Counted from the first letter of the stretch, positions 28,758 to 38,079 are shown. The stretch: DNA of 48,002 bases from Candidatus Dojkabacteria bacterium (GCA_937944235.1 CALDYZ010000020.1:1-48002), one strand, 5' to 3'. Notes: generated from the letters alone by a model not told the origin. Numbers and translations: made by a program.

Positions 28758-29015
28758 TTACTTTTTTTTTAAACTGTTTTTAATAATCCAAAGTCCTAAG
28801 ATAATCATTATGATCGCTAAAATTAGTAAAAAGTTTTGTTGATGTATTGTTACAAATTCCATGAGTTCTTCAGGTCTTGTAAATATTTGGTGTATAGTCA
28901 GTCCAAAGATATATGTAAAAAAAATAAGTACAAAACCTTTAATCAAAAAATCGACATCAGGGACTGTGATTAAAAACTTTATTCTACCTATCGTAATTGT
29001 CTTAAGTTTCTTCAT
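28758..29015 (-). CDS. Small hypothetical two-TM membrane protein
   Basis: 85-aa ORF. Its start lies 1 nt downstream of the mltG stop, so it is probably co-transcribed with ruvX-mltG. Confidence 0.5.
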   Translation of the reverse strand: MKKLKTITIGRIKFLITVPDVDFLIKGFVLIFFTYIFGLTIHQIFTRPEELMEFVTIHQQNFLLILAIIMIILGLWIIKNSLKKK

Positions 29016-29016
29016 C

Positions 29017-30048
29017 TTATATTAAACCTAATAGTGTTAGCTTTTGGATGTGTTCATCATAATTTTTTGAAAAGTATGTTTTGTTATTATGGTGAAAAAA
29101 ATAAAACCATTCGCTTTGTACCTCTGAAAAAGATGCTTCTATAGACCTTAAGCCTGGATTACAAATTGGAGAAGGAGGTAATCCGGTGTTTTTATAAGTA
29201 TTGTATGGGCTATCTATCAATAAATCAGAAATTAGTACACCTGGGTCATTTTTTTTTGTTATAAAATTGACTGTTGCATCAGATTGTAAAGGCATATTAA
29301 TTTTGATTCTATTTTTAAAAACACTTGCTATCAAATTTGGATCATCTTCCTTGCTTGATTCTCGTTCAACAATTGATGCTAAAATTAATTTACTATAGAA
29401 ATCAGGATTTTCGTGGTATTTTCTAGTTTTAGATATGAAATTGCTAAACATTTTTGTAATAATGTCTTTTTCATCAACATTATTATTAAATTCATATGTA
29501 TCAGGGAAAAGCATTCCTGAGATCCCATATTTTTCATGAATGAAACTTAAAAGGCTTTTATTAAAATATATAGAAATTGTTTTGGGATTTTTAATTATAT
29601 CTTCAAAAGTTTGTCTGCTCAATTGGGGAAATCTGTTTATCAATACGTCTATTATTTGGTCATCTCTTAAACCTTCTATTATTGTGACAGTAATACCTTT
29701 TTCGATGGTGTCCGTATTAAGGACTTTTATTATATTTTCTATATCGTTATTTTTTTTTAGTGTATGTTCTCCAAACTTAAAATTTAGCGGAATTTTATTC
29801 AACAAACTATAGATTCTGAAGGCTAAGTATGACTTAATAAAGCCTTCATGTTCTAATCTTTTGATGATATCACTAATATTTTCACCTTCATTTATAATAA
29901 ACTTAAATTCATCATCTTGTTGGGTATCGTTTATTATTTTTATAGATCTTTCCCACCACGAGAGCGATATATTCAAAAATATTCCCAAAAAGATTACTAT
30001 GAATAATATCAATTTAAACTTAAATTTAACTTTTAATAAGTTTTTCAT
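29017..30048 (-). CDS. mltG: Endolytic murein transglycosylase MltG (YceG-like)
   Basis: N-terminal TM, ASIVERES, LQSDATVNF, DSPYNTYKNTGLPPSPICNPG. Conserved synteny downstream of ruvX. Confidence 0.9.
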   Translation of the reverse strand: MKNLLKVKFKFKLILFIVIFLGIFLNISLSWWERSIKIINDTQQDDEFKFIINEGENISDIIKRLEHEGFIKSYLAFRIYSLLNKIPLNFKFGEHTLKKNNDIENIIKVLNTDTIEKGITVTIIEGLRDDQIIDVLINRFPQLSRQTFEDIIKNPKTISIYFNKSLLSFIHEKYGISGMLFPDTYEFNNNVDEKDIITKMFSNFISKTRKYHENPDFYSKLILASIVERESSKEDDPNLIASVFKNRIKINMPLQSDATVNFITKKNDPGVLISDLLIDSPYNTYKNTGLPPSPICNPGLRSIEASFSEVQSEWFYFFHHNNKTYFSKNYDEHIQKLTLLGLI

Positions 30049-30050
30049 AG

Positions 30051-30461
30051 TTATTGATCGATTGTATTATTAAAATAATCCTCTGCTATAAGCATCGCTG
30101 ATATAACGTCATGGTTATATTTTTTATGATTTTTATCTTTTTTTTTGATGAATTGCTTCTGTATTTCAGTGGTCAAAGTTTCGTCGATGAATGAGTAAGG
30201 AATATTTGTTAGTTTATAAACATGTCTTGCAAAATTTTTTATATCTCTTTCTAGGTTATGTAAATTATTAAAGTTGTTGTTAATATTGTTTGGAACTCCC
30301 CAGACTATCTTTTCAATTTGATATTCTTTTGCAAAATTTTCTATTTGGTTCAACAAAAGTTTTGTCTGCACTTGTTTCAGTGGCATAATTATTTTGGTGC
30401 TGGAATCACCCAAAGCAGTACCGCAACGCTTTAGACCGTAATCCACGAATAATATGAACAT
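30051..30461 (-). CDS. ruvX: Putative pre-16S rRNA nuclease / Holliday junction resolvase-like YqgF
   Basis: N-terminus ILFVDYGLKRCGTALGD, size 136 aa, and position upstream of mltG. Confidence 0.85.
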   Translation of the reverse strand: MFILFVDYGLKRCGTALGDSSTKIIMPLKQVQTKLLLNQIENFAKEYQIEKIVWGVPNNINNNFNNLHNLERDIKNFARHVYKLTNIPYSFIDETLTTEIQKQFIKKKDKNHKKYNHDVISAMLIAEDYFNNTIDQ

Positions 30462-30463
30462 AT

Positions 30464-31228
30464 ATGAGTTATAATTTTATTTGTATATTACCAAATACGA
30501 TTATATCAATTATGTGGAGCCTATCTAACTACTTTAAAAAATTATCAACCTTATTAATGAATTTAATATGGCCAAAGATTTGTTATGGATGTGGAAAGTT
30601 TAATGATAGATATATCTGTAAAAATTGTTTTCTAAAATACATATTCCCTAATAAAGACTTTAAATGTATAGTGTGTAATCAAAACAGTGATAATGGTTTA
30701 ACACATAAAGAATGCTTGGAATATACCTATGTTGATCAATTGTTGGTTTTTGCAAAATATCAGGGAGTAATTACCAAAATGTTAAAAGATGGGAAGTACT
30801 CTAGAACTTTTGATGTTTATAGAGAATTATCTTTTTATTTGTATAAACAGTTTGATAATTTTATAAAGGATCGTAGTTTTGCGTTTGTACCTGTTCCTCT
30901 ACATAGATACAAATTTAGAGAAAGAGGTTTTAATCAGGCAGGTGTGATTGCAAAAAGTCTATCAGTGTACTGTCAGAAAAGATTTTTGGACTGTCTCGAA
31001 CGTAAAATGAATACGGTTTCACAAACAATAAAAAATCGATCAGATAGATTTTTAAATTTGTTGGATGTATTTACTATTAAAAAGTTTTATAAAAATTCTT
31101 TACCTGATAAACTAATACTGGTAGATGATGTTTTAACAACAGGTTCAACACTGAATAACTGTGCAAAAATTTTAAAAGAGAATGGCTGTAAGTTTGTTAT
31201 GGCTTTGGTAATTGCAAGTGAAAGGTAA
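30464..31228 (+). CDS. comF: ComF-family phosphoribosyltransferase-domain protein
   Basis: N-terminal Cys pairs (CYGCG...CKNC; CIVC...HKEC) and the PRPP-binding loop LILVDDVLTTGSTL. The true start may be an internal Met (30512). Confidence 0.85.
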   Translation: MSYNFICILPNTIISIMWSLSNYFKKLSTLLMNLIWPKICYGCGKFNDRYICKNCFLKYIFPNKDFKCIVCNQNSDNGLTHKECLEYTYVDQLLVFAKYQGVITKMLKDGKYSRTFDVYRELSFYLYKQFDNFIKDRSFAFVPVPLHRYKFRERGFNQAGVIAKSLSVYCQKRFLDCLERKMNTVSQTIKNRSDRFLNLLDVFTIKKFYKNSLPDKLILVDDVLTTGSTLNNCAKILKENGCKFVMALVIASER

Positions 31229-31290
31229 AAGATAGGTTTTGTAAAAATTTGAAACAGGATAATGTTTTAGCCTAATATTTTTGGTAGGTA

Positions 31291-31319
31291 TTGAAAATAT
31301 TCTATTTTAGCTGTACAAT
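31291..31319 (+). promoter_or_regulatory. Sigma-70-type promoter candidate upstream of ssrA
   Basis: TTGAAA, 17 nt, TACAAT, about 75 nt upstream of the mature tmRNA 5' end. Confidence 0.4.
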
Positions 31320-31394
31320 CACAGGTGAATATTTCAATTATAACATTCGCTCTGATTTGTTCGGATTGTCGTGAATTTTATTGGACTAATCACA

Positions 31395-31866
31395 GGGGAT
31401 GTTATTTTGACAACAAGCTGGAATAGCCGGTTCATGCCGTTTAAGTAAAGTATTTACGTTAAAATACTTACCCTTGTAAAAGGTTTTTATTTTAAACGTC
31501 AAATCAACATTTAATTCTGTAGCTAATGCTCTTGTGAACTTTGCTAATAAATTCGTAAGTACTTTTGTACTTAATTTGAATTTAGCTTACACAAGAGTTT
31601 AAAAGATACAGAACAAAGACGAATAAAAAAAGTAGTCTTTGCGTTTAAAGTTACTTTTTATTGACGAGTGCTTTAAACGTCACAAAGTCAATATGCCGAT
31701 ATTGTTGTGCCCTCAACATTATCGAAAGAATAAGAAATAGGGTATGTGTAAGAAAACTTTGATGGAAAAGTTTCTTACACTTAAGTTTTATTTCCATCTT
31801 AAGCATGTGAAACAAACTTGTTATTGAAAGCTTCGTTGGACACGGATTACACCGTCATCTCCACCA
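31395..31866 (+). ncRNA. ssrA: tmRNA (transfer-messenger RNA), one-piece, unusually long (~472 nt)
   Basis: The 5' GGGGATG pairs with 3' CATCTCC-ACCA, including the G3:U wobble (alanine identity). 5' GGTTCATGCCG and 3' TAAGCATGT resemble the conserved tmRNA helix-2 strands. The 3' end GGACACGGATTACACCGTCATCTCCACCA parallels the E. coli GGACGCGGGTTCAACTCCCGCCAGCTCCACCA. Confidence 0.85.
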
Positions 31867-31890
31867 ATTTTACATATAGCATTCTTTTAT

Positions 31891-32712
31891 ATGGATATAT
31901 TTTTTTTAATATTTTATCAACCTGCTTTTAACTTACTAGTTTTTTCTTCGCATTTATTGGGTGGTGGATTTGGTTTATTAGTAGGGATAGTATTGATAGG
32001 TTTTATAGTAAGATTGATAATGTTTCCGATAGTAAAGAGACAGGTGTTTATGAATGTTAAGAATTCTGAGTTGCAAGAAAAATTGAGACAAATAAGGGAT
32101 AAATATTCTAACGATAAGGAAAAATATTCGGAAGAGATGTTTAAATTGAACAGCGAATATATGCCCGTTATGCTATCTGGTTGTTTGCCGTTAATTTTAC
32201 AAATAATCTTGTTTATAAATATTGATAGAGTATTTAGAGATTTGTTCGATCCATCTAAAGGTATAAGTGAGTTTGCAAAGTTTTTGTATGACCCTAGTAT
32301 TTTAGGTTCTAATTTTCAAATTGATTCAAACTTGATTGTTTTTGATATATCTTTAACTCCATCTTATGTTATTAATCAACAGGGTTTTGGAGCTTTTATA
32401 CCTTATTTAGTAATTTTATTGCTAACTGCTATAGTACAGTTCCTTTCCTTAAAACTTGCATTTTATTATGCAAAAAAGCGTAAAACAAAATTTGATATAG
32501 ATATACAAAGGAAATCAAAAAAAGAAGTTTTGGATATGTCAGAATCTGTAAATAGAACGACTGAACAAATGATGTATCTTTTTCCGATTTTACTGTTTTT
32601 TGGCGCAATGAACTTTCCTTTGGGCCTCACCATATATTGGTTAGTACAGAGTGTATTAGGTTTATTACAGCAATATTATTTTGCTAAGTTGTTAAATAAA
32701 ATTTCAAATTAG
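31891..32712 (+). CDS. yidC: Membrane protein insertase YidC (short form)
   Basis: 273 aa, about 5 TM helices. Charged helical hairpin after TM1 (KNSELQEKLRQIRDKYSNDKEKYSEEMFKL). C-terminal PLGLTIYWLVQSVLGLLQQYY. Confidence 0.85.
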   Translation: MDIFFLIFYQPAFNLLVFSSHLLGGGFGLLVGIVLIGFIVRLIMFPIVKRQVFMNVKNSELQEKLRQIRDKYSNDKEKYSEEMFKLNSEYMPVMLSGCLPLILQIILFINIDRVFRDLFDPSKGISEFAKFLYDPSILGSNFQIDSNLIVFDISLTPSYVINQQGFGAFIPYLVILLLTAIVQFLSLKLAFYYAKKRKTKFDIDIQRKSKKEVLDMSESVNRTTEQMMYLFPILLFFGAMNFPLGLTIYWLVQSVLGLLQQYYFAKLLNKISN

Positions 32713-32787
32713 CTTTATAAAGTTAGTTTATCATGGTACAATCCTTCAGAAATTCATAATTTAAATTTAATTTATAGATGTTAGTAT

Positions 32788-33414
32788 ATGAACTTAGAAT
32801 TTAGAAACTTATTCGGAAAGCAAAACAAAAAATTAAGAAAATCAGGCAAAGTTCCGGGGTGTGTGTATGGACAAGGTATTTCGACTATACCTGTTCAAGT
32901 TGAATTAAAAGAATTAATGAAAGCTTACAAGTATTATGGTAAAAGTTCTTTTTTTGATGTAAGAATAGGAGGAAGTGTATATTCTGTGGTCTTTAAAGAC
33001 ATTAAGTTTCATCCGGTCAATGATCAACCAATTAATTTTGATCTTTTTAAGGCTGATCAAAGATCAAAGATAAGCTTTGAGGTTCCCTTGGTTTTGGTTG
33101 GGGAGTCACCGGCGGTTAAACAGGGTATGGGTATTTTGTTATGTAATTATGAGAAATTGAATGTTTATTGTTTGCCCAAAGATTTACCAAGTTTTATACA
33201 AATTGATGTATCGTTTGTGGCGGGTGTTGATAGTGTAATGTTATTATCGGATTTAAAGTTACCTGAAGGTGTTGATTTAGATTCCTCTTATGATTTATCT
33301 TCGATTTTATTACAGATAGTTGCACCTCAAAATAGTACCGAATTGAGTGCAGAAAGCGAAAGCGGTGTAGGCCAAGAGACTGATGTGGCCAGTATATCGA
33401 GTAATTTAAATTAA
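32788..33414 (+). CDS. rplY: 50S ribosomal protein L25 / general stress protein Ctc (long form)
   Basis: RKSGKVPGCVYGQG at the N-terminus, beta-barrel pattern, and a Ctc-type C-terminal extension. Confidence 0.9.
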   Translation: MNLEFRNLFGKQNKKLRKSGKVPGCVYGQGISTIPVQVELKELMKAYKYYGKSSFFDVRIGGSVYSVVFKDIKFHPVNDQPINFDLFKADQRSKISFEVPLVLVGESPAVKQGMGILLCNYEKLNVYCLPKDLPSFIQIDVSFVAGVDSVMLLSDLKLPEGVDLDSSYDLSSILLQIVAPQNSTELSAESESGVGQETDVASISSNLN

Positions 33415-33485
33415 ATTTACATGTTGTATATAAACTAACTTGCATAACTGTTTTCCAATTCTATTCTGTGGTGTATAATCTAGTT

Positions 33486-34625
33486 ATGTCGTATTCTTAT
33501 TCTCCTGAACTTAAAAGTTTGATTGTCAAAATACAATCAAATTCTGATTTGCCTAAAGAATTAAAAAACAAATTGTTTGATATGGTAGGTCGTATTGTAA
33601 AAGTTGAAAGAGCTGGTATGGTGTCAAACGAATATGAATCAATATCACAGTATGTAGATTGGACAACTAAAATTCCTTGGAATAGATATTCAGCTGAGGA
33701 TATGGATCTTAGTCAGGCTAAAGAGATTTTAGATAAGTACAACTACGGTTTAGAACCAGTTAAACAGAGAGTTTTGGAGTACTTAGCTGTTTTGAAGCTA
33801 AAATCTAAAAAAAATAATAATGAAATTGTTGATAGTGAACGGCATCAAAGTGTGGATATAGTAGAACAAATGAGAAGTAGAAGAGGCAGTTCATCAAATG
33901 CTCCAGTATTATGCTTTGTTGGTATACAAGGTGTTGGTAAAACTTCTATAGCAAAAGCAATAGCGATAGCTTTAAACAGAAGTTTTATTCGTATAGCAAT
34001 GGGTGGTTTGGCTAATATTAATGAAATAAGAGGATTAAATAGGAGTTTACCTAATTCAGAACCAGGACAGATAATAAAAGCTTTGATAAGAAGTGGTAAC
34101 ATGAACCCAATAATTTTATTAGATGAAATAGATAAAGTAAGTAAAGATTCTGGTTTGAGAGCAGATATTATGGCAGCTTTGTTAGAAATTTTAGATCCTG
34201 AGCAAAATTCAACCTTTATAGATAGGTATATTGATTATCCTGTTGATTTATCTAGATGCATTTTTATAACAACTGCAAATAATTTAGGTGGAATTTCTGC
34301 GGCTCTTTTAGATAGATTGGAAGTTATTCGATTTGGGAGCTACAATGATAGTGATAAAATTATTATTGCTAAAAATTACTTATTGCCTAAAGTTTTAGAG
34401 GCAGCTGGGATAAGTGATGAGAATTTGCAATTTGATGAAGATGTATGGCCATTGGTAATAAGGCCTTTGGGTTTTGATGCAGGTGTTAGACAGTTAGAAA
34501 GAACATTAATGGATTTGGCTAGAAAAATAGCTTTAAAAATTGTTAAGGGTGAAGGTCAACATTTTAAAATAACTAAAGAAAATTTTAGGCAATACATTCC
34601 AGATGATATGGGTGTTTACACTTAA
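33486..34625 (+). CDS. Lon-like AAA+ ATPase module without LAN N-domain and without protease domain
   Basis: YVDWTTKIPWN, YGLEPVKQRVLEYLAV, Walker A GIQGVGKTS, Walker B ILLDEIDK, sensor FITTANN, LLDRLEVIRF, and AGVRQLER. All are collinear with the Lon A-type ATPase, and the ORF stops where the protease domain would begin. The track start (33468) is a GTG; the ATG is at 33486. Confidence 0.8.
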   Translation: MSYSYSPELKSLIVKIQSNSDLPKELKNKLFDMVGRIVKVERAGMVSNEYESISQYVDWTTKIPWNRYSAEDMDLSQAKEILDKYNYGLEPVKQRVLEYLAVLKLKSKKNNNEIVDSERHQSVDIVEQMRSRRGSSSNAPVLCFVGIQGVGKTSIAKAIAIALNRSFIRIAMGGLANINEIRGLNRSLPNSEPGQIIKALIRSGNMNPIILLDEIDKVSKDSGLRADIMAALLEILDPEQNSTFIDRYIDYPVDLSRCIFITTANNLGGISAALLDRLEVIRFGSYNDSDKIIIAKNYLLPKVLEAAGISDENLQFDEDVWPLVIRPLGFDAGVRQLERTLMDLARKIALKIVKGEGQHFKITKENFRQYIPDDMGVYT

Positions 34626-34633
34626 GTTTTTTA

Positions 34634-35827
34634 ATGCTAAGTATGTCAAACAACAAAATAAATACTTTTCTATCTATAGATATAGGTACAGAAAATTTGA
34701 AAATAGCTTTATGTACGGTACATTTTAATACAGTAGAGATAATAGGTTTCAAAAAACTTCCACAGGTTAGAGGTTCGGTAAGGTCTTCTTTTATAATAGA
34801 TATAGCCTCAGTTATCGAAAAAATTGATTTAGGAGTAGGTTTGATAATTAGTGAAGTTAAAGATGAGTATGATATAAATTTACCCAACACCGCTGTTTTT
34901 GGTGTAGCTGGAGAATCTGTTTTGGGCAAAACAGTTCATATAGAATTTGTGCGAAAAAAAAATAATGTAATTTCTGAGTCAGAGTTTTTGTCTATTGTAA
35001 ATGCTGCAAAGGATGGTGTATTTGAATCAGTAAAGCCTAACTTAGCTGAAAATTCACTAATAGATGAACATCTACTTGCAGAAGTTACAACAGAGCTGAT
35101 AGGTATCAAATGTGATGGTCAATACGTAAAGGAAGCTGTTGGAGTTAGTGCAGGCAATATAGAATTAGTTTTTTATGTCGCTTACGCTCCACAAATATAT
35201 TTAGATAGTTTATCTAAAATAGCGAATAAATTTTCATTATCAGCGTTTAAAACTTTTGTAGAACCTTTTGCTATATCACAAACGTTAGATTTAGATGTAA
35301 ATTATGCTAATAATTGTGTTGTGGTGGATATAGGTGGAGGAACTACAGATGTAGCTGTGATGTCTAATAAAGAATTAGTTGGCACTAAAATATATGGAAT
35401 AGGAGGAAATACTTTTACGCAGTATATAGCTGATAAATTAAACATTAATTTTGATAAAGCTGAAGAATTAAAACTTCAGTATTCCAACCAAAAATTAACT
35501 CATACAGAAGAAGTAGAGTTATCGCGGATTATAGATAAGGCAGCATATGTTTGGGCCCGGTCATTAGAATTGGCTTTATTAAAACTGATAGATACGAAGG
35601 AATTGCCTTATAACTTTTATTTTTGTGGAGGATCATCTCTTTTACCCAATATTCAGCAAATAATGATTAGTTATCCTTGGCAACAAAAACTAAATTTTGT
35701 TAAATATCCCAAATTTAACTATTTGTTTCCAAACAAAATAAAGGATGTTGTGGACAAAACTAGAACAGTTAATTCATTGTCTGATGTTGCTGTGATGTCT
35801 TTAGCGAGTTATTTTGTAAAAAAATGA
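34634..35827 (+). CDS. Second actin-fold ATPase (FtsA/PilM-like paralog)
   Basis: LSIDIGTENLKIAL (phosphate 1), VVVDIGGGTTDVAVM (phosphate 2), GIGGNTFTQYIA, and FYFCGGSSLLPNI (adenosine). An SHS2-like insert sits between phosphate 1 and 2, as in FtsA. Confidence 0.75.
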   Translation: MLSMSNNKINTFLSIDIGTENLKIALCTVHFNTVEIIGFKKLPQVRGSVRSSFIIDIASVIEKIDLGVGLIISEVKDEYDINLPNTAVFGVAGESVLGKTVHIEFVRKKNNVISESEFLSIVNAAKDGVFESVKPNLAENSLIDEHLLAEVTTELIGIKCDGQYVKEAVGVSAGNIELVFYVAYAPQIYLDSLSKIANKFSLSAFKTFVEPFAISQTLDLDVNYANNCVVVDIGGGTTDVAVMSNKELVGTKIYGIGGNTFTQYIADKLNINFDKAEELKLQYSNQKLTHTEEVELSRIIDKAAYVWARSLELALLKLIDTKELPYNFYFCGGSSLLPNIQQIMISYPWQQKLNFVKYPKFNYLFPNKIKDVVDKTRTVNSLSDVAVMSLASYFVKK

Positions 35828-37650
35828 TAATACATTCATCTAAGTATTTTTTAGATTTAGATACAAATTTATTTAATGTTTATGACATTTTAGAAAATGA
35901 AGGAAAGGACCATATAATAATTGTTATACCTACTGATAGTACTTTGTTTGATGGTCAAATAAATTTTGATATAATCAGAACATTTTGCGATGACCTTAAG
36001 AAAGTCGTTGTGATAGTTACAGAAGATGAAAAAGGTTTAAAAATGATACAAAGAAGTGGTTTGGTTGGAGTTAAAAAGATAAGTCAGGTAACGGTAGATT
36101 TGTGGCAAGTAGCTGAACAGAGAGTTTATTTAGCACAGAGAAATAATGTATCAAATATTCAAGAAGTTGAAAATGTTTATCAAACAAATGATTTGTCATA
36201 TGAACATTCTAAGTTGAAGTATACTGATGAAAGTGAAACTGATAATGATAGTTATATGGTGAATTTTGATGAGAAGGATGTAGTTTTTTATGTAGGTAAG
36301 GATGTAAAGAAGATAGTGAGTAAATCTAAGAAAGAGGATATACAAAGAGTTGAAAATTTCGGATCTCTGATTGCAGGTAATGACTATAGCAAGTTTCTCT
36401 TTAAGAAGAATGATAGAAATAAAAATTATTTGTATTTTGTTTTGAGAATATTGTCAAGTTTGTTTTTTTTTAGAAAAAACTTGTTATTGTTTTCTGCAAT
36501 AACGATCTGTATACTTATTAGTGCATTAGTAATATTTAATAGGTTCTTAATAAGTGAGGTATTAATAACCACCGTTAAAGAAGAAATAGTTAAGGAATTT
36601 AAAGTAATATTGTCTGAAAGCTACAATGAAGATGATACGTATACTACCGATGGTGTAAAGTCATCATTAACTATAGAAGAGATAGAAGATGTGTCTATAT
36701 CAAAAACTTTTAACATATCAAAAAAAACAAAAACAGGTAATAAAGCAGTCGGTTTAATATCTTTGTATAATTTAACTGATCAAGATATAAACTTGCCAGT
36801 GGGTACAAAAGTAAAGTCTCTTATTCTAGGCAAGGAATACGTAGTAACCAAAGAAGTGGTTGTGCCTAAAGTATCCAGAAACTCCCTAGGGGAAAAAATC
36901 CCACAATCTGTAGAAGATGTAACAATACAAGCTTTGGAATATGGCGAATCTTATAACTTGTCTCTTTCTCAAGGGGATGATAATTTTATTATCTTGTTAG
37001 ACGGTTATGACGATGTTTCCAAAGCTTCAGGTCGTATATTCAGAGATATAAAAGGGGGAGAATCGTTTGAAGTATTTAGAGTCTTACAGAGTGATGTTGA
37101 TGATGTAATAGAAGATATAAAAAATGAACTCCGATTGATAACAAAAGATAAATTGTTAAGTAGAGTTTTAGCTACAGAAATTGCTTTTACAAAGAATATA
37201 AATTATATATTAACTGAAAAAAAAATCTTACCAGACATTGGGGAGGATTCTGCAGACGGATTGTTTACTATATCTATGAAAATGAAGGGAGAATTACCAA
37301 AAATATCAAAGTTTAAATTAGATGAGTTGGCTAAAATTTATTTTCAGAATGTTAATGAAAAACAGCTAGAAACTCAAAATCTAAAATCACAGATCTTAGA
37401 TATTGTTTATGATGAACAAAACAAAGTTTATCATTTGAATGTTGGTTTATCAGCCAATGTTATTAGTAGATTTTCTGAAGAATACATTTTTAACCTAATT
37501 AAGGGAAAGTTTGATGCGGAAGCAAAATACATTTTGTCGAATAATGAAAATATATCTTCTGTAAACATACTTTTTAAACCTGGCTTTGTACCTGATTTTA
37601 TGAAATATATACCAACAGATAAAGATAGAGTGCAAATACGCATAATTTAG
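35824..37650 (+). CDS. Large bitopic membrane protein (about 210-aa cytoplasmic N-domain, one TM, about 370-aa outside domain), unknown family
   Basis: 608-aa ORF whose start overlaps the upstream stop (ATGA). Single TM LLLFSAITICILISALVIFNRFLI. No motif I can name. Confidence 0.7.
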   Translation: MIIHSSKYFLDLDTNLFNVYDILENEGKDHIIIVIPTDSTLFDGQINFDIIRTFCDDLKKVVVIVTEDEKGLKMIQRSGLVGVKKISQVTVDLWQVAEQRVYLAQRNNVSNIQEVENVYQTNDLSYEHSKLKYTDESETDNDSYMVNFDEKDVVFYVGKDVKKIVSKSKKEDIQRVENFGSLIAGNDYSKFLFKKNDRNKNYLYFVLRILSSLFFFRKNLLLFSAITICILISALVIFNRFLISEVLITTVKEEIVKEFKVILSESYNEDDTYTTDGVKSSLTIEEIEDVSISKTFNISKKTKTGNKAVGLISLYNLTDQDINLPVGTKVKSLILGKEYVVTKEVVVPKVSRNSLGEKIPQSVEDVTIQALEYGESYNLSLSQGDDNFIILLDGYDDVSKASGRIFRDIKGGESFEVFRVLQSDVDDVIEDIKNELRLITKDKLLSRVLATEIAFTKNINYILTEKKILPDIGEDSADGLFTISMKMKGELPKISKFKLDELAKIYFQNVNEKQLETQNLKSQILDIVYDEQNKVYHLNVGLSANVISRFSEEYIFNLIKGKFDAEAKYILSNNENISSVNILFKPGFVPDFMKYIPTDKDRVQIRII

Positions 37651-37658
37651 TTTTCCCC

Positions 37659-37688
37659 TTGACAAAAATATTTTGCATAAATTATACT
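37659..37688 (+). promoter_or_regulatory. Sigma-70-type promoter of groESL
   Basis: TTGACA (37659-37664), 18 nt, TATACT (37683-37688), immediately upstream of the CIRCE-like palindrome. Confidence 0.55.
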
Positions 37689-37697
37689 AACTTTTAG

Positions 37698-37724
37698 TTA
37701 GCAGGTTAGCATGTGAGATGCTAA
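37698..37724 (+). promoter_or_regulatory. CIRCE-like inverted repeat (putative HrcA operator)
   Basis: TTAGCAGGT-N9-AGATGCTAA compared with the CIRCE consensus TTAGCACTC-N9-GAGTGCTAA. The outer 6 nt of each arm are exact. Located between the promoter and groES. Confidence 0.55.
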
Positions 37725-37767
37725 AGTGACTATTTTGTAGACAATTTTATTTGTTAGGTTATTTTTT

Positions 37768-38079
37768 ATGTCGAGTGACAAAAACAAAATAACAATAACT
37801 CCTGTTGGAGAGTACATACTTGTGAAGCCTCATAAAGAGGAGGAAACTACAGCTTCAGGTTTGATTTTACAGACATCGGGTAAAGGGGAAAGGCCACAAA
37901 AAGGCGAGATAATTGCCCTAGGTAGTGGAAAGTTAAATGAGGATGGAGAAAGATTACCTTTCTCAGTGAAAGTTGGTCAAAATATTCTTTTTAAAAAGTA
38001 TTCTCCAGAAGAGATAGAGGTTGATGGAGAGATATTTTTGCTTATGAGAGAGCAAGATATTCTTGCAATAATCAACTAG
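37768..38079 (+). CDS. groES: Co-chaperonin GroES
   Basis: PVGEYILVKP...TASGLIL...GEIIALGSG...VGQNILFKKY is a typical Cpn10, upstream of groEL. Confidence 0.97.
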   Translation: MSSDKNKITITPVGEYILVKPHKEEETTASGLILQTSGKGERPQKGEIIALGSGKLNEDGERLPFSVKVGQNILFKKYSPEEIEVDGEIFLLMREQDILAIIN

